From: Perkinsus olseni
Lineage: Eukaryota
Assembly (NCBI GenBank): GCA_013115125.1
Contig: JABANN010000323.1
Coordinates: forward strand, 1-39,427
Direction: 5' to 3'
DNA: 39,427 bases
The translations under genes were made by a program, and so were the position numbers. The notes beneath the pieces are model-generated. The model saw only the letters and a program-made list of their open reading frames with translations. It was not told where the DNA came from and ran no database searches. Shown one piece after another: positions 12,487 to 26,707 of this stretch (position 1 is its first letter; every line of letters starts with the position of its first letter).

Positions 12487-13412
12487 AACTCCTAGCAGTG
12501 CCTTCAGTTGGTACGCCCAACCATGCAGAGTGCGATGGCGGCTACCTACCAGATCTCATGTTTATCGATGTGGCTGTTCTCCTGTTGAGTTTAGTGCCGG
12601 GGCAGTGCCCCGCGGGCAGTCGGGCACTCCGGTTCGGTAATGTTGAGCTCAACGCTGGTGGGAGATGCCCGAATCCGTTCCCTTCGCCTGAGGTCGCCCC
12701 TAGAAGGAAATTCCACACGCGTTACCTTTCCAATTAACTTGGTAAGAGAATGCTATATCTTCCGAATTCTCAACAGGGTTGAGTCAACACATTGTGGAGA
12801 TTTTTTCCCTGTGATTCGCTACCACAAGAAAGACAGATCTTGTCAAATAGCGACATTGAAGACTGTCAGTTCCGCGTTGAAATACTCTTTAATATAACGT
12901 ACTAACGCGTCGGCCGCAGGATGCATGAGACGATTAGGAGATCCCGGATCCGCGTAAACGAGATCGTATAAATGCATGCTATCATATACTTTTCCACAGA
13001 GTGGGAGCTGAAGCCAAAGGCGACTCTGAACTCGGTCTACGGCATGTAGCCGTGAGCTAGCTGTTCACACTGTGCATTTGCCTGCTTTCGACTCTAAAGT
13101 TTGAAACTGCAAGCTTCGATGCCTCCCCACTATCACCCTGCAACGTGAAACGAAGGGCTGTTGTGCTTCTACTGATCGAGTTGATGGGCAGGAGCCGGTC
13201 TCGTAACTCCATAGCTCTGCTGATGGCAGCGATTAATCATCGCCACCGACGCAACTGTAGTAGATTGGGGTCCCGGCGGATGTAGAGACACCGAGACAGT
13301 AGCTGTTAGCTTCAGCGATGGGGGTAGGAAAATTTCTGTTATCTAAAAAACGCTCATGTAAATCCCATGTCAAGCTCAACACTGCGCAAGCAATTCATCA
13401 GAAACAACCATT

Positions 13413-15229
13413 TTAGACGTTCATAAAGTGCTCGAGCCACGCTTTTTCGATGCCAACACAATGGCCCATGCCTACAACTCCCACCATTTTCCGGTGACTC
13501 GACCGACACAAATAACCTGCAGCAAGCCCGTAAAACGAGATCCCAAACTCTTACTATTCTACCTGCCATCGTTCTATCCCTGTCTTCAATCATAACCTCG
13601 TACACATGAGGAGCACATTTACGCATGGCTGCGTTAATCTGGGCAGCTTTTTCTCTGCTCTTCAGCTGCTCAGCAGTATCCATGAAACCTGATACCATGG
13701 TACGGCGCTATGATACGCCCGCTCAACTTGACGATCGCCGTTGCCGGGTACATGGATTCAGTGCAAGCCGTCAACTTCCATCGAGCAGAATGTTGTGCTC
13801 AGGAGCAGCCGACTACATAGGACGGTATAACTGTGGAACCTTCATATTTAGTCGCCTGTTACTCCTGTACTGGAAGGTGGTCTGTAATTCTACTACAGAC
13901 TGTGAAAAACTAATAGCATTCTTCGTACGCTTATACTCGCACGGAGTTGTGAACAGTTCGTTGTTATCTCGAAGGTCAGTTTGACCTTCGCTTTGAAAGC
14001 GAAAGTCCGAGCGCGCCGTGAGTACAGTGTAGTCGAAGCCAGTTTTGTTGAGGACACGAGAACATCTCCAAAGTCTCCCAATTAAACACTTGACGAGGCA
14101 GGCTAGTAATTCTAACACCGACTATGCCGATCCTATGAGAATAGCGCAGTCCTTCATACTACAAGCGTGTGTTCCTACCTCTGGAATGGTCAATGTCTAG
14201 GTCAAGGAGCTCTCTGCATGCGAGCATCTGTTGCCAATCCTGCTGTAAAGCCCGAGTGAGGCCTTCCATCGTCAATGTTATGTCTATGTCACCAGCAATT
14301 ACCTGATCAATCCAGGAATCGCGACGAATGGTCAAAAGCCCAAACCCTCCGACGGTCAAACTTCACCAAAGCGAGCAAGTGCACTTGATAACGGGATTGC
14401 TCCGTGTTACAAAAGACTAACTCTCCAACTTCAACTGAGCTGCACGGCGCGTAGCATAGAGTCCGCATAAATACTGCAACCCTGCAACTCGCAAATCCAT
14501 CGAACGTTTTCACGCTCTCACTTTGGCGCCGACCTCCTCGGCAGCTTCCATTGCATTCTTGAACTCGGCCCCTGGTTCTATTCCCATCGACTTGAAATTC
14601 CCTAAGAGGTTAACCAGTAGGGTCACTGTCGAATACTCTTCAAGACGCTCAGGTCTGTTGGTATACCACCCGATGTCAACCCGCTCGCCAAATTCTCCTG
14701 CACACCTCGTGAAATTCAACGGTCTAGATACGTGGAGACGGTACGGTCCAGACAGATCCACTCTCTTCACGACGTCAGGCTGGACCAGCCTGGCTGGTAT
14801 TGCTCATTCTCCCTCGAGCCACCATCGGCCGCATGTGACCCCACCATAGAAGCCTTTGAGAGCTTGTTCCAATAGTCCTTGCATCGGTAGTCCGCCGCCA
14901 CTGCCCAGTCCTCGGAGAAGTACTTTGAGCATCTCTCCCAACCCTCCCGGACTAACACCCAACCCGCCATCTCTCATCTGCCACCAAAATACCGTACCCT
15001 AACCTCACTACTCTCCGTAGCAGTGGTCCACCTTCTGGATTCTTTTCGGGCATAGCTCTACCATAACGCCGGATGGACGCTCCTTGATAATCATGTCGCG
15101 AACCTCTTGCGCGCTCGACGACGAAATATGCGCTGTTCCTGAGACGAGTAGGAACCAACTTCCACTACATAACCACGGACCGCCCTCTAGAACTGATTTA
15201 AGCAGAAAAATTATACTGTCAGATTTCAA
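13413..15229 (-). CDS. TraB/PrgY-family protein (TRABD-like), multi-exon; 5' end unresolved
   Basis: Family motifs GTAHISSSSAQEVRDMIIKERPSGVMVELCPKR, PGAEFKNAMEAAEEVGAKV-IAGDIDI, VMIEDRDRTMA and KMVGVVGMGHCVGIEKAW. Stop at 13413-13415. Confidence 0.85.
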
Positions 15230-16840
15230 TAATTACTCTGAGTGAAATGATGCAGTGGTTCCCGAGGGCGGCGTTACTCAATAATACAGCGACAGCATAG
15301 TGCACCTCGTGCTGGAATGTCACTTTCGATGGAACTCCCGAAAAGCGACAGATGATGAGGCACACGAGAAAGTCAGAATTTCGCGTCAAGAAATGCACAT
15401 GATCGATCGGCACAGGGCTTACGAGTTCACGACATGACGGGCAAGAGACCCAAGCAACCATCCAGTCGAGCGACTCGACTAACAAGACGGACCTATCAAG
15501 ATAACCTCGCGGCCCGGTGCCCTGAGGTAGCTGATAGTCTGGTTAGCAGAGTTGTACTCCACTGATACTCCCGTGGTGGCAGTGCAGAATCGCCGTCCTC
15601 TCAGCATAGGACGCAGCCACGGCCGAAGCATTCGGGAGCAATGGGAGTCAAGCATTCAAAATACAACAAAACTAACAAAGTACGACCATCATGCTCAGCG
15701 GGGTGCGCCCCCAAGTGCGACCTACACTAATATGATCGTACCATCGGGGATACGCCATTCTGCTCTTATTGTACTGTGGTCCGCTTGAACCTCAGACTAG
15801 CCCTCCTCCGTTACGTGGGGAAGTTTAAGCGCGTACCATAAGTCAGGAGCGAATGATGCGCACGGAAACACAGGCCAGTGATATTACCATTTTCAATAAA
15901 TATCATCATCTCCACCACCTGATCTCGCGCCCAGGTGCAGGGTACCGCTCTCTCCGTTAATACATGCACGGGAAGTGAGCGCATGGGAATGTCGGCCAGA
16001 GCTGGAGAAGTTGAGGACTCTAGTATCAAGCTTATCAACGCGGATTCCGGAAAATTGGAGGATAAATCACGCTTGCGGTGCATCGGAGAACTAGGGACAT
16101 GCTCGATAATCATGGATCATCACCGACAGTACCGCGCAATGAACAGCCAACTCTACCTCGTGAACAGCCAAGCATTGGCCGAATGAGCTCACATTCCTGG
16201 TCCTTTCCACCACTATTAACAAACGCAATTGATGTCGTACTAACGTGAACCGGTTGTAGTAGCGAGGATGAAGAACAAGCTGAATACGGACAAATGATGC
16301 TAATGGTATCGGCGCTACCGCTGAGCAACGGTATACTGTTGAAGTACAGGGGTATCAAATTTGAAAATATAACATAATATCATATCGACATGGCACGCAT
16401 ACGGAATGTTAAAAACGATTCACCTTCATCTCGCGCCTCTTTTTGACGTTGCTGAGTCGCCAAGATAAAGATACCCATCACCGCAGATCAAGCCCACCTG
16501 TTTCCATGCCCATTTCCGCATTCGGTTGAACTCAGCTACTGACATCGGGTCGCTAGGCGGCGAGAACGACGATTCACACGGATGCGTGCGCTTTTCAAGG
16601 CCTATGTCTGAACACGATAGGCAGTGTGAAGGTATAAGGAAGCCCGAGTACTGATTATTCCATAACGATCGAATGGATGGACTCAATCGCGGAGAGAGGC
16701 ACGCCTTCCACTGGGACGTGTGTGGAGGGCGGTACCACTGAAAAGCGCGCGCAAGATTCAAGATGACATCAGACACTTGAGCTGAAAATACCGAATAGCA
16801 ACATGATGAGGCGCAACACAGCCACCCTTCCCTCAATCAC

Positions 16841-16894
16841 CGTCCATCAGGCGTTATGGTAGAGCTATGCCCGAAAAGAATCCAAAAGGTGAGT
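16841..16894 (+). pseudogene. Inverted partial copy of the TraB exon (RPSGVMVELCPKRIQK followed by a GT donor)
   Basis: cgtccatcaggcgttatggtagagctatgcccgaaaagaatccaaaaggtg differs at only two positions from the reverse complement of ~15029-15079. Confidence 0.75.
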
Positions 16895-17879
16895 GGCTCC
16901 AGGGATTCGAATCAGTGCTCCCTCAATCCGCTATATATTATTGAAGAGCGCATCGGACACTATACAACGCTTCATCATCGAGGGATGAAGGTGGATGACG
17001 ACTCAAGGGGAACATTGAATGCTTCGAGCGACCAAGAATCAACGGATTCTTTATTTGAAGCTCGCTGTTACCATTTCACTAGCCACCCCCACCAGTAGTA
17101 TTAGTACCATTGAACGACACATGATGCTTGCCATGCTCGTCTATCCTCTCGCCATTGCGATCATAACGCAACGGAACCAGCAGACTATGTACCCGATCTC
17201 GCGTCCACCTCGGTTCTTCAGAGCTCGTCTCATCTCGAGAACCTTCACCCGAGCAATGACGATCGCCAAAACCACCCAGCGACTTCAAATTACCACCGAA
17301 CTCTCCAGGCTCTTCACAAGTACGTTTCAAGATGCTGAATACAGGAGTCTTGCACTCCTGCGCCACCTCCGCCGGATCGACCATAAAACCATTGTTGACC
17401 CGATGCTTCGGGGGGTGTACCGCGAAGAAGCCTGCGTGCGGGCAGGACGCAATCGTTGGCATCCTGAGAAAATCCGCCGCAGATTATTGACCGCCATTTG
17501 GCCAATTCCGCATGCTCATCGAAGTTGATCACTCGAGACACGGGAACCCCTTCCAACGACCAATCCCAAAACTCCTGGTGCTATTCAAATGCTAGGAAGA
17601 CCCTTAAGGGGAGGCGATCAGCCGTAAATCGCTTTTCAATGTGAAGGACGCCGAGCAGAACCCCGACGCAACTGTATCGACAGACGCCGGTATCCAGCTA
17701 CGATGCAAAACATAATCTGCTTAAGATTTTCCAAAAGCCTTTTTCATACTACTGATAATTTAATCGTAAAATTCGCTACGAAATCGTATACCGAGCGCCG
17801 CCCAGCTACCGTTTCGGACTCCGGTCGCCGCTGTTGCCGATCCCACGATGGAAGGCCGTATGCCGATGCACAGACGTAC

Positions 17880-18738
17880 CTCCTCCTGCTCCTGTCGGAG
17901 GCTCCTAACACGTCACCAATAACCCCGAGGCAGACGTGGAAATACGTAGTACTTGCACTGCCTCCTCGTCAAGCGATAGAGAAATACCCTTCGCGGGCTC
18001 TGTTGTCGGACCTGCAGAAACCACCAGTTCAGGCTTTGAGCTGAAGACACCGGAAAACTGAGCGCTGCCACCAGTTACTCATTAAGCGCTGACCGTATTG
18101 CGCATGCGAGCATACCGAATACTCCAGACCCCGAATAGATTTTTAAATAGACTTATGAACCTCTCCCGACTGCGTTGTCTATGAACATCAACGGAGGAGC
18201 AGTACTCACATCGACCTACGCCCGCTCATTATACTGGACGTCGTCCAGTGGACGACTCTGTGGTGAAGAGAAAAAGCAGCATAAGATTCTATCCTCCCCG
18301 TCAAGGGTTGCGGCATTCAATAGCTAATTTGTACTTGCAAATGATAACAGAGGAGAGGGTTGCTCGATAGGGGCGAAATGCCCCAATCGTTAAGCACGAC
18401 GGATCCCCATACCCTTCAATTTGCCAAAAAGTTGTCATTCAACAAGGTTACGAAGCGAGCGCTCCGTAAGAAACTTTTTGGAGGCTTTCAAGTACGATGA
18501 CAATAACAGGACTGTAACAGGACTGTGTGATCGCAAAAAGTACTACCTGAGTTTTTCCTGCTCTTTCCTTTTCGGCCATTGTCTTTGCCAAAAACAAGTG
18601 ATAACCCTCGTACACAAGAGTCGCAGCATTCTCCCAGTCCAATGGTCGAAGCGCTCGGCGGCGTTGTTCTTGCGTCTCTTGAAGTCGAAGGCGACGGGGA
18701 CATTGCGTAGCCCAACATCCAAAAAATGCAAGCCTCAA
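17880..18738 (-). CDS. Exons of a hypothetical protein (model incomplete)
   Basis: Exon-like ...RLQETQEQRRRALRPLDWENAATLVYEGYHLFLAKTMAEKERAGKTQ|gtagta, plus small AG..GT-bounded blocks at ~17989-18012 and ~17880-17905. Confidence 0.35.
18234..18255. repeat. 22-bp direct-inverted-direct scar (8-mer ctggacga)
   Basis: ctggacg-tcgtccag-tggacga. Confidence 0.75.
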
Positions 18739-19458
18739 CAGACAACACCGAGTGGATTGAAGGTGTATTTTAGTATAGCGAAGAGCTGATACTTACAGGA
18801 AGCTACCTATGTGCAGTCTTCATGATGATGATGATGATGATGAGGTTACCGTCATCTCCGACGTTTCGAATTAGACGACTGGAAACAAGTGCTATACAAT
18901 TCAAGGTTTTGCCAGGCTCGGTCGTGGATTATTACCCAACCTGACAAAACCCTAGGTATTATTGGCACTTGTGGTTTTATCAAATTGATTATCACTCCGC
19001 CATCATGAAACCTGATCATATAGCAACGGTTCGTTGATAATCAATAGAGTTCCACCCACGACATGAAGAACGCTAGCGAGAAACAGATTCCACATTTCAC
19101 ATCGCCAAATCCTCATTTGGTAGGTGAGCAACGCGTAAAAAACATTTTCTTTCACTCGCGGAAAACGCCACTTTACGTATTACGGGCGAACCTCCAATAA
19201 TTATCGATACACGCCCTATCAAGAGTCGTCAACTCTGCCGAAAGGCGTATCCTAGGAGCGGCATACCAGAAATCATTCTTCCGCTGACCATTAACACACT
19301 TCGAGCCGAACAACAACGGTATAACAGAAACAAATAACTGACATGCCGAAAAACGATATAATCAACGTAGAGCTCAACCTGGCTTCCCAAGATACCTAAA
19401 TCGCCTAAAAGATTCTGCCGAGCTCGTATGCAGCAGCTAAGCTCACTGCTGATGATGC

Positions 19459-22400
19459 TCATGAGTTGCACGACGTGATGAGCCCACTCGCGACGGTCTT
19501 CCCCCCTTCGCGAAGGGCAAAGCGCAAACCTGAACCGTGTTATCGCGTGAACGAGATCCCGCACACCTGCTGAATTACCAACTTCGACCGCCTGGGGTCT
19601 GTCCAGCTTGAGAGTCGCCTTGATACTGTCACCTGCAAGTCGAAACCACAGTCGATCGATCTAGCTGATATGAACACTACTGAGGGTTACCAGGCATCGC
19701 CATATCGACATCATCAGGCAGGATAATCCTGCACGAACAATCGCCTGTCCTGATGTACGCTTGGGGACGATACTCGCTGTGGAACGGGTTCTTTCTACCA
19801 CCTAGGGCGAGGCGGAGTCAATGCTAGCCAGCCCATCACCCAATTTCTCTCTACCCTCGTCTTCCTTTAATACGTACAAGTCACTCTCGAACTCAGTGTA
19901 TGTTTTGGCCGCTCCAGGCTTCGTGAGGACCATACCTCGCCTGATCTGAAGCGACGACGGTCACGAGGAAAATAACAAGATTTGCATACAAAGCAGACTT
20001 CGAAAAATCGGCAATGATGACACTACCTGATTTTTCTTGACCCCCTTGAGCATGACACCGCACTGATCACCAGCCATACCCTGATCCAGGGTCTTGTGGA
20101 ACATCTCGACGCCCATACATTGGGACTTGAATTTCTCCTTTCCCTGATCAAACATTGCGATACAGGAAATCTCTCCATGAGAGAAGGAAAATCGCCACAG
20201 AACGGGAATAATAGAATGCCAAACTTGAAATGTAGAAGACCTCAGAGTCTATTGACATCCACAGAAAGACAAGCTCGGGAAGGGGCGCCTGTAACCGACC
20301 CCACAAGAGGCTCTCTCCCAGTCAAACGACATGCGGCAATACCGTACGGACGGGACAGCGCTGTTTGCAAGTCGCTCCACGACACTCAGAAGTTCGGATA
20401 GCACGACGGTAGCAGCCAACTAAATATGGTCATCGACCCAGAGGCTCTCGTGAGTGGCTAGCGCGGCAGAGACAGTTGATAGAACACTACTGTGTACAGT
20501 AATGATGAGCATCGCGGGCGAGCAATGATGACATTGTAGACTAAGGACTATCGCTGGCCGGAATGTGCATGATACCGTGCATACCGTAAATGATGATGAT
20601 GATGACGCAACGGACATCCATATCCAGTAGCTAGGTACTAACCTGTCCAACAATCTCTAGGGCATCTCCCACTTTAACCAGACCTTGCTCTATCCGACCA
20701 GTAACAACATAACCTGAACGACCATCTTGCACACAACCTCGTCCAACCAAGATATTCCCTACCTTTTCCTTGGATGTTAACTACCGTTTCAATCGGCAGT
20801 AAAAACGGCTTGTCTTGGAGTCGAGCTACAACAACTCAAAAAGCTGACCACATTACTGGACCACTTCTCCCTACGTGGCTCAGGTATGTACTCATCCACA
20901 GCATCCATCAACTTCAATATCGCCTCCTTGCCATACTCGCCATCCTCGCCGCGAAGTGCCTTCAATGCTGAGCCCTTCACGAACGGCGTTTCTTCGCCTG
21001 ATGAAAAACCCGACCGTGGATGCATGCGCAGTACCGCTCGGTCTCACCAGGATATTTATAGAACTCCAACAGCTCCCTGACTTCAAGTTCGACTAGCTCT
21101 ACCAGCTCCGGATCATCTACTTGGTCCATCTTGTTTAGAAAAACTACCAACCTGCATCAACGCCATTTTCGCAAGGTATTTCGACTGCACAGCGCGGAAG
21201 TAATAACAGGGAAGATAACGAGAATGAAGCGCTGAGAATTCTGAAGAGCTTATCATGCGTGCAGAGATGAGTAAGAAGAAGTGAAGTCAGTCTGTGACTG
21301 CAAATAAAGCAACAAAAAAGTAATGCGGAAATCTCGTTAATATTTTCTATACCCTACCCTTTATGAGACGTTACCCATTACGATCATACAAAATGGGTGC
21401 AAACCATCATCACTGTTCCAGCGCATTCATACACAGTACTACATGCATCGATAAATATCGAATTTACAAAATCTCTCAATGCACGAAATTGAAAATAAAT
21501 TGACAGTAATAACAATATTGTTTCCTACCTCGGCACACCGATCTGTTTGGCAAGTAAGATGTGCTCCCTAGTTTGAGGCATCGGACCGTCGAATGCCGAA
21601 ACGACGAGAATCGCTGCAATACAGCAGTATCATAGGATGGAGACCTTACAGCGTATCTTACCACCATCAACCTGAGCAGCGCCGGTGATCATGTTTTTGA
21701 CATAATCGGCGTGGCCAGGGCAGTCAACATGGCCGTAGTGCCGCTTGTCCGTAGAGTACTCGACGTGAGTCTGGTTGATGGTGATACCTGACGAGGGAAG
21801 AGAATACGACAGCGACAGCTGGGAGGAACGGCTGACTCAAACGCGCAACTCGAAATGGTTATATAACATATACGACGAATAATAGTGAATTCCTAAAAAG
21901 AGCAAATATTAAAAACCTTAATATGACAAACTACAGATAATTTATGTACTATTATCATTCCGATACTACTGAAAAATGTAGATCAAAATTGAATCTCATA
22001 GATCCTTCACAGTAGCTAAGTTATCATGCTATCTCATGAACCTTCAATGCACACAAATGAGTCTCACATGAGAAGGACAAATTTCACATAGTCGGTTCCT
22101 CCGGGCCGAGTGGTGAAAAGGCTTTTCACCACTCTTTTCAGAAAAGCGTTTACAGATGAATATCCAATCACGCCATGAAGCAGTAGTTGACAAAAATGAT
22201 GGAAAACTTCGCAGTGGAAGAATCGAAGGATTTTTTAAGGAGGCGCTTGCGCTCATAGTATATGTTAAAACAACTATCCCAGTATTGGCATATAGAGGGT
22301 AGACTCTATTCAAGAATCGTTCCATCGCGTATCGCAATGCGAGCATGACCGAGGAACAAACGGAGCTATAGGAAAGCATAGGGAGAGCGAAATGCTCGTT

Positions 22401-22810
22401 TCTCCTGGCAGAAATGACACATACGGTACAGGAAGGAAATTATTACCTAAATGGTATCAGAGTATATGGACAACAAAGACTCACCTCTTCGCTTCTCCTC
22501 GGGTGCTCTGTCAATCGCCTCGTACGTTTGGAAGTCCGCCAAGCCTTTATCGCTGAGTATCTTTGTGATGGCCGCAGTTAGAGTCGTCTTACCGTGATCA
22601 ACGTGACCTAATAGGCAACCTCAAGATGCACATCTTTACGGCCATGGCTTCCACAGGTTAACCTACCCCGCAAAACTTACCAATGGTTCCAAGATTCAAA
22701 TGGGGCTTAGTCCTCACGAACTTGCCAGTAGCGAAGCCACGAAATGCTACGACGGCTGCCGATCGAGATATGACGAACGATGGTCGACTCAGCGCGAGGG
22801 AGGTTAACAT
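19459..22810 (-). CDS. TUFM: Elongation factor Tu, mitochondrial (13 exons)
   Basis: Presequence-like [27 protein letters not shown], then [62 protein letters not shown] and [17 protein letters not shown]. All introns are GT-AG. Confidence 0.96.
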
Positions 22811-23084
22811 AGAGGGATGTGATACGAAGTTAGAATACTCGCAGAGCGGTTTTTGAGTGAAAATGAAATTGTACACGTTTGGCATGGCAGATTTCACGGA
22901 TCATAATCGATACGTTTATCAACAGCCTTAACCAGCCGCGCGGTCAAACAAACAGCAACCGAAAGCACAGGGCGGCCGAGTAATGATATATGTCCAGTTA
23001 CTGCTGTTGTTCAAAGTTCATAAATCGATCAGAATTGCGAGCGCGAACCACAACGCGCTGATCTATCAAGTACTAAGCGCAGGA

Positions 23085-26000
23085 ATGTTTGACGATGATA
23101 ATCTACTGAAGGCATTTAATGAAGTCGCCCACGCGCTTGCGGATGAGCGGGGACTTCTGGGCCGGATCAGAGCCGAGCATGATGAACTTAAGGTGGGGAA
23201 GAGGGCGGATTGCCGTCAGTAATGGGGGTTTCAAGATAAGATTTTCTGGGTAACCTTGTGAGAAGGAGGAAATTCGTAGAATCCCGTCGGCCGTGGCCTA
23301 TAGGGAAATGCCTAGAATAAAACGCACAGAAAATCCTTCAATCGGGCAAAAATTCTGAATCGGGCAAAAAAATCTTCAATCGGGGGGAAAGTGGTTCGTG
23401 TTGACAACAGCGTCTCTATTATAGACAGAATTGAAGGACGACCATTCCCCCTCGTCTCCTATTAATAACTGTTCGGTTTCATAAATTATGCATAGAGTCG
23501 TCGAGCATACCATTACGATCTTCATAGTAATTTCCGAGGTTGAGAAGGAACAATGATTACATGATGATCAGAATCTGCGCCTCTCACTAAGGCTTTCCGT
23601 CAGGACTTCTGGTCATTCGACGTAGCTGAGAGGCAATTGCTGAACTACAACGTAATATCTCTCCCGTTGCTCAGGTTGCAGAGTCGGTCATTGCCGATCT
23701 CGCCAGGCTGCGTGCAGCAGCTAGAGCCACTGAGGTACCTCCGGTCGCGCAAAAGAAAGAAGAAGATACCACGAGCCAACAGCAGCAGCAATCTGAAGAT
23801 AATGTTGAATCTCCTCCCAAGAAGGATGTTATTGACGACCCGGTCGAAAGGATATTGAGCAGAGCAAAAGAGGCGTTGTTGGCTGAGAAACTGGAGAGGA
23901 AAATCGACAGGTATTGATCGGTCGGGTTATGTGTCTCGAAGTACGTCTGGAAAACGCGTAATACCGAGCAATGAGGCGCTAGAAATTGAAACGAAGAAAT
24001 CGAAAAGTTTCTTGTCTGCTGCTATGCGTCTACTCATGCTGTATGAGATATCTTCGAAAATACACATCTCGAGTGATGTATTTCCAAAGATACTCGATGA
24101 ACTAAACTTGCAATCTTGTTAACGCAGTGGTTGGCATCTGTTGTCTCCTCCCTACCTCGCTGGGATGCGTTTCGCACTAGCGTTCGTATCATGGATGAAA
24201 CGTATACTACTTTCTTTTTTGCGTTCGATTGCATTCGATAGGAGTCACCGTGCACGACTGGCGCCCTAGGTAGGTTCGGTAGATTTGCCTTATGATCTTG
24301 GCGTGATCCTTCGCTATCAGACCATCATACAAGCGAGAGACTGCGCGGAGAGTGGGGAAAATCGAGGAAGCCCGAGATGGGAAGGCCCGCGGCAAAGAAA
24401 ATACCAAAAGTAATGATCTATATTTCGAATTCGTCTACTTCGCTATCGGAGGTGATTCCGCACCGCACAGCTTCCCTAGGGGGCATGCGCTCACGTGAGC
24501 GCCCATAGTTGGGTATGAAGGGTCCTTCGTCAGGAGGGGCCCCGTCTTCAACTGCGCGTAAACCGCCGGAGAGACCAGGCGTTGCTGGCACAGCGGGTCC
24601 GGGAGATCTGAAGAAGGAGGCTCGCAATGAAGGAGTGAGTGGCAATGTGGCTGCCACACATACTCTGGAATTTTTCGCGGATCCGAAAATTTACGAATGG
24701 ATCGCCGCCAGCGATTTTTCGAGGAAATTTTTTGGCGTTTAGATTTTTTTATGAGTAAAGAGAAAGCGGCTCTGATTTAGTACACCGTTACGGTGAGAAG
24801 TTTCGATAGCGGCCCACTAGAACTTCTAGTCTAGAAGCCATAACTGACTCGCTATGGGTGAACCCGTGCCAGGTCGCCTTCCTGTAGTTCGATCGCACCG
24901 GTCGCAACCTTGATCACCCTTTGAGCCAGTCGACACCACAGATCCCTTCACCATTGATACAACACTAGTATGCAACTTGTCGGGGAAATATTATCCAACA
25001 GGAGAAGGAACAAGCAGAACAATACATTACTAACAGTAGCTGAGGATAAGGGATCCAGCACTTCCCACAGCACACAGCGATTGGGCGATACCAGTGATCA
25101 ACCTCGCACTGTGTATCCCGCAATAGCGGCGGTGGATTGAACGTTTGTAGAACACTTGCAGTCTATCGCGTGAAGGGTTTTTATCAGGAGAAGTCGTCCT
25201 CAAGTTTGAAAGCATTTATCGACGAATCCAGAATCCGCGTAAATAGGTGCAGGGAAGAAACAGAGCAGGCACGTCGGAGGGCCTGCGGTCATCCAGGTAA
25301 TTGTAGTGTTAGTAGCATAATTTCTTGCATTCTAACCATTCTTGCTTGAATTTTGATGCCACTGTTCTATTAGGGGCATTAGATTCGCCCCCGGAAGCGG
25401 CATGGGATGGTTCGAAGTACCGAATGGAACTCCTCCAGATGTGCTTGCCGCTCCTGAGAGCGCTAAAGGATGATATAGGGAAGAACGCGGGAGGAGAAGT
25501 AGTTCGGATTAATGGGTATCAGCGTTTCAGTTATCAACCTCGGATGTCGAATCGGCTGCATATCGCCGTCGGAATTTCATTTTCTACTAATAACTTCGAG
25601 TGGTGCCTATAGGCGAGAAAGTCTGAGATAGAATGATTGAGACACCAGATATTTACGGCCGCTCGCGACCGTCTTATGTGTCGCTCCGCCTGTGATTGGG
25701 AACTCAATACCCAAGGATAATAGATAACAGATACAAGTTTATACGAAGATAAGTGGTAATGGAATAGTGTAGTACGCCATAAGTGAGCTAAGCTAAGATA
25801 TCTGTATCATAACAGCTAACACAAGAGTATTACACGCCGAGTGCGCTTGAACTGGTGAAGTATCTTGTGGTTGACAGGTGGACATAACTAGGTTAACCTT
25901 ATGGTCGGAGATACTCTGTTGTATGTGGTCAGTTCGACACGCGAGGCGCCTGTCTGTGTGGCTGCCCACAGGAGAAGGTGAGATATGGTCGACTGAATTA

Positions 26001-26096
26001 AGGCATTCGAGAGCCCTGTTAGAGATCCTTGGTGACGAGCCCAGTGGCATGGGGAGAGGCGATTCTCTACAATTAACTGCTACTAATGGAGGCTAA
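23085..26096 (+). CDS. Hypothetical multi-exon protein, head-to-head with EF-Tu
   Basis: Spliceable exons: MFDDDNLLKAFNE...HDELK | VAESVIADLARL...ERKIDR | PSYKRETARR... | ...VYRVKGFYQEK...GHP | GALDSPPE...AGGE | VDITRLTLWSE... Confidence 0.6.
23332..23390. repeat. Three imperfect ~19-nt tandem units (aaatyyt-aatcgggc) in an intron
   Basis: aaatccttcaatcgggcaaaaattctgaatcgggcaaaaaaatcttcaatcggggg. Confidence 0.6.
24816..24837. repeat. 22-bp direct-inverted-direct scar (8-mer actagaag)
   Basis: actagaa-cttctagt-ctagaag. Confidence 0.75.
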
Positions 26097-26707
26097 CTCC
26101 GTGCTCACGTTTTTGGTTGATTATTGTCAATTCAGGGACCCAAATTAGCATGAATTTGCGGGAAGTGACGAGTGGCATAAATTGTTATGGAGTAATCGTG
26201 TTGAATGATCATTAGTATCGTGGCACTCAACCGTCTATTTTGACACAGTAGGACTGCATTCTCATCGGGATGCGTTTATAGACGGTAGATATATGACTGA
26301 TGGATAGCCGTATGAACAGACACGCGCTTACTCGGGAATGTCATTGGAAGCGAAGATCGTTAGGCTGATCGCTTCTTTTGGAAACATTGCCGTGTTGTAG
26401 CAACTTTCATGACGATGGCTAGTGGTTGTTATGATCAACAATCAATATCGGGTCAACGATCATCCCTTAGAATGTATAAAGAATAGACGAACGCTTCGAG
26501 TTACAACTTGAAGGCGATCATTCTCTCTATAGCACCATTGCCATCACGATACTAAAATATCGGATAGCGAAAAAACGAGATTGAACATTTCGAAATGCTT
26601 GTGACATTTACTGAAGTATTAGGTATCGAAAAATTGAAATAGCTTTGCTTTGTGAATCGTTCGTGGGCAGTGAAAAGCTTCTTCCCCCGGGGAATTTCCC
26701 CGCCCTC

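Noticed and set aside
17019-17556. Overlapping ORFs on both strands; VINFDE/IICGGFSQ reminiscent of Pif1 helicase motifs
   Set aside because: Motif spacing is too short and there is no Walker A; coding strand could not be determined.
18821-18843. (ATG)n microsatellite; similar at ~20590
   Set aside because: Ordinary short repeat with no further structure.
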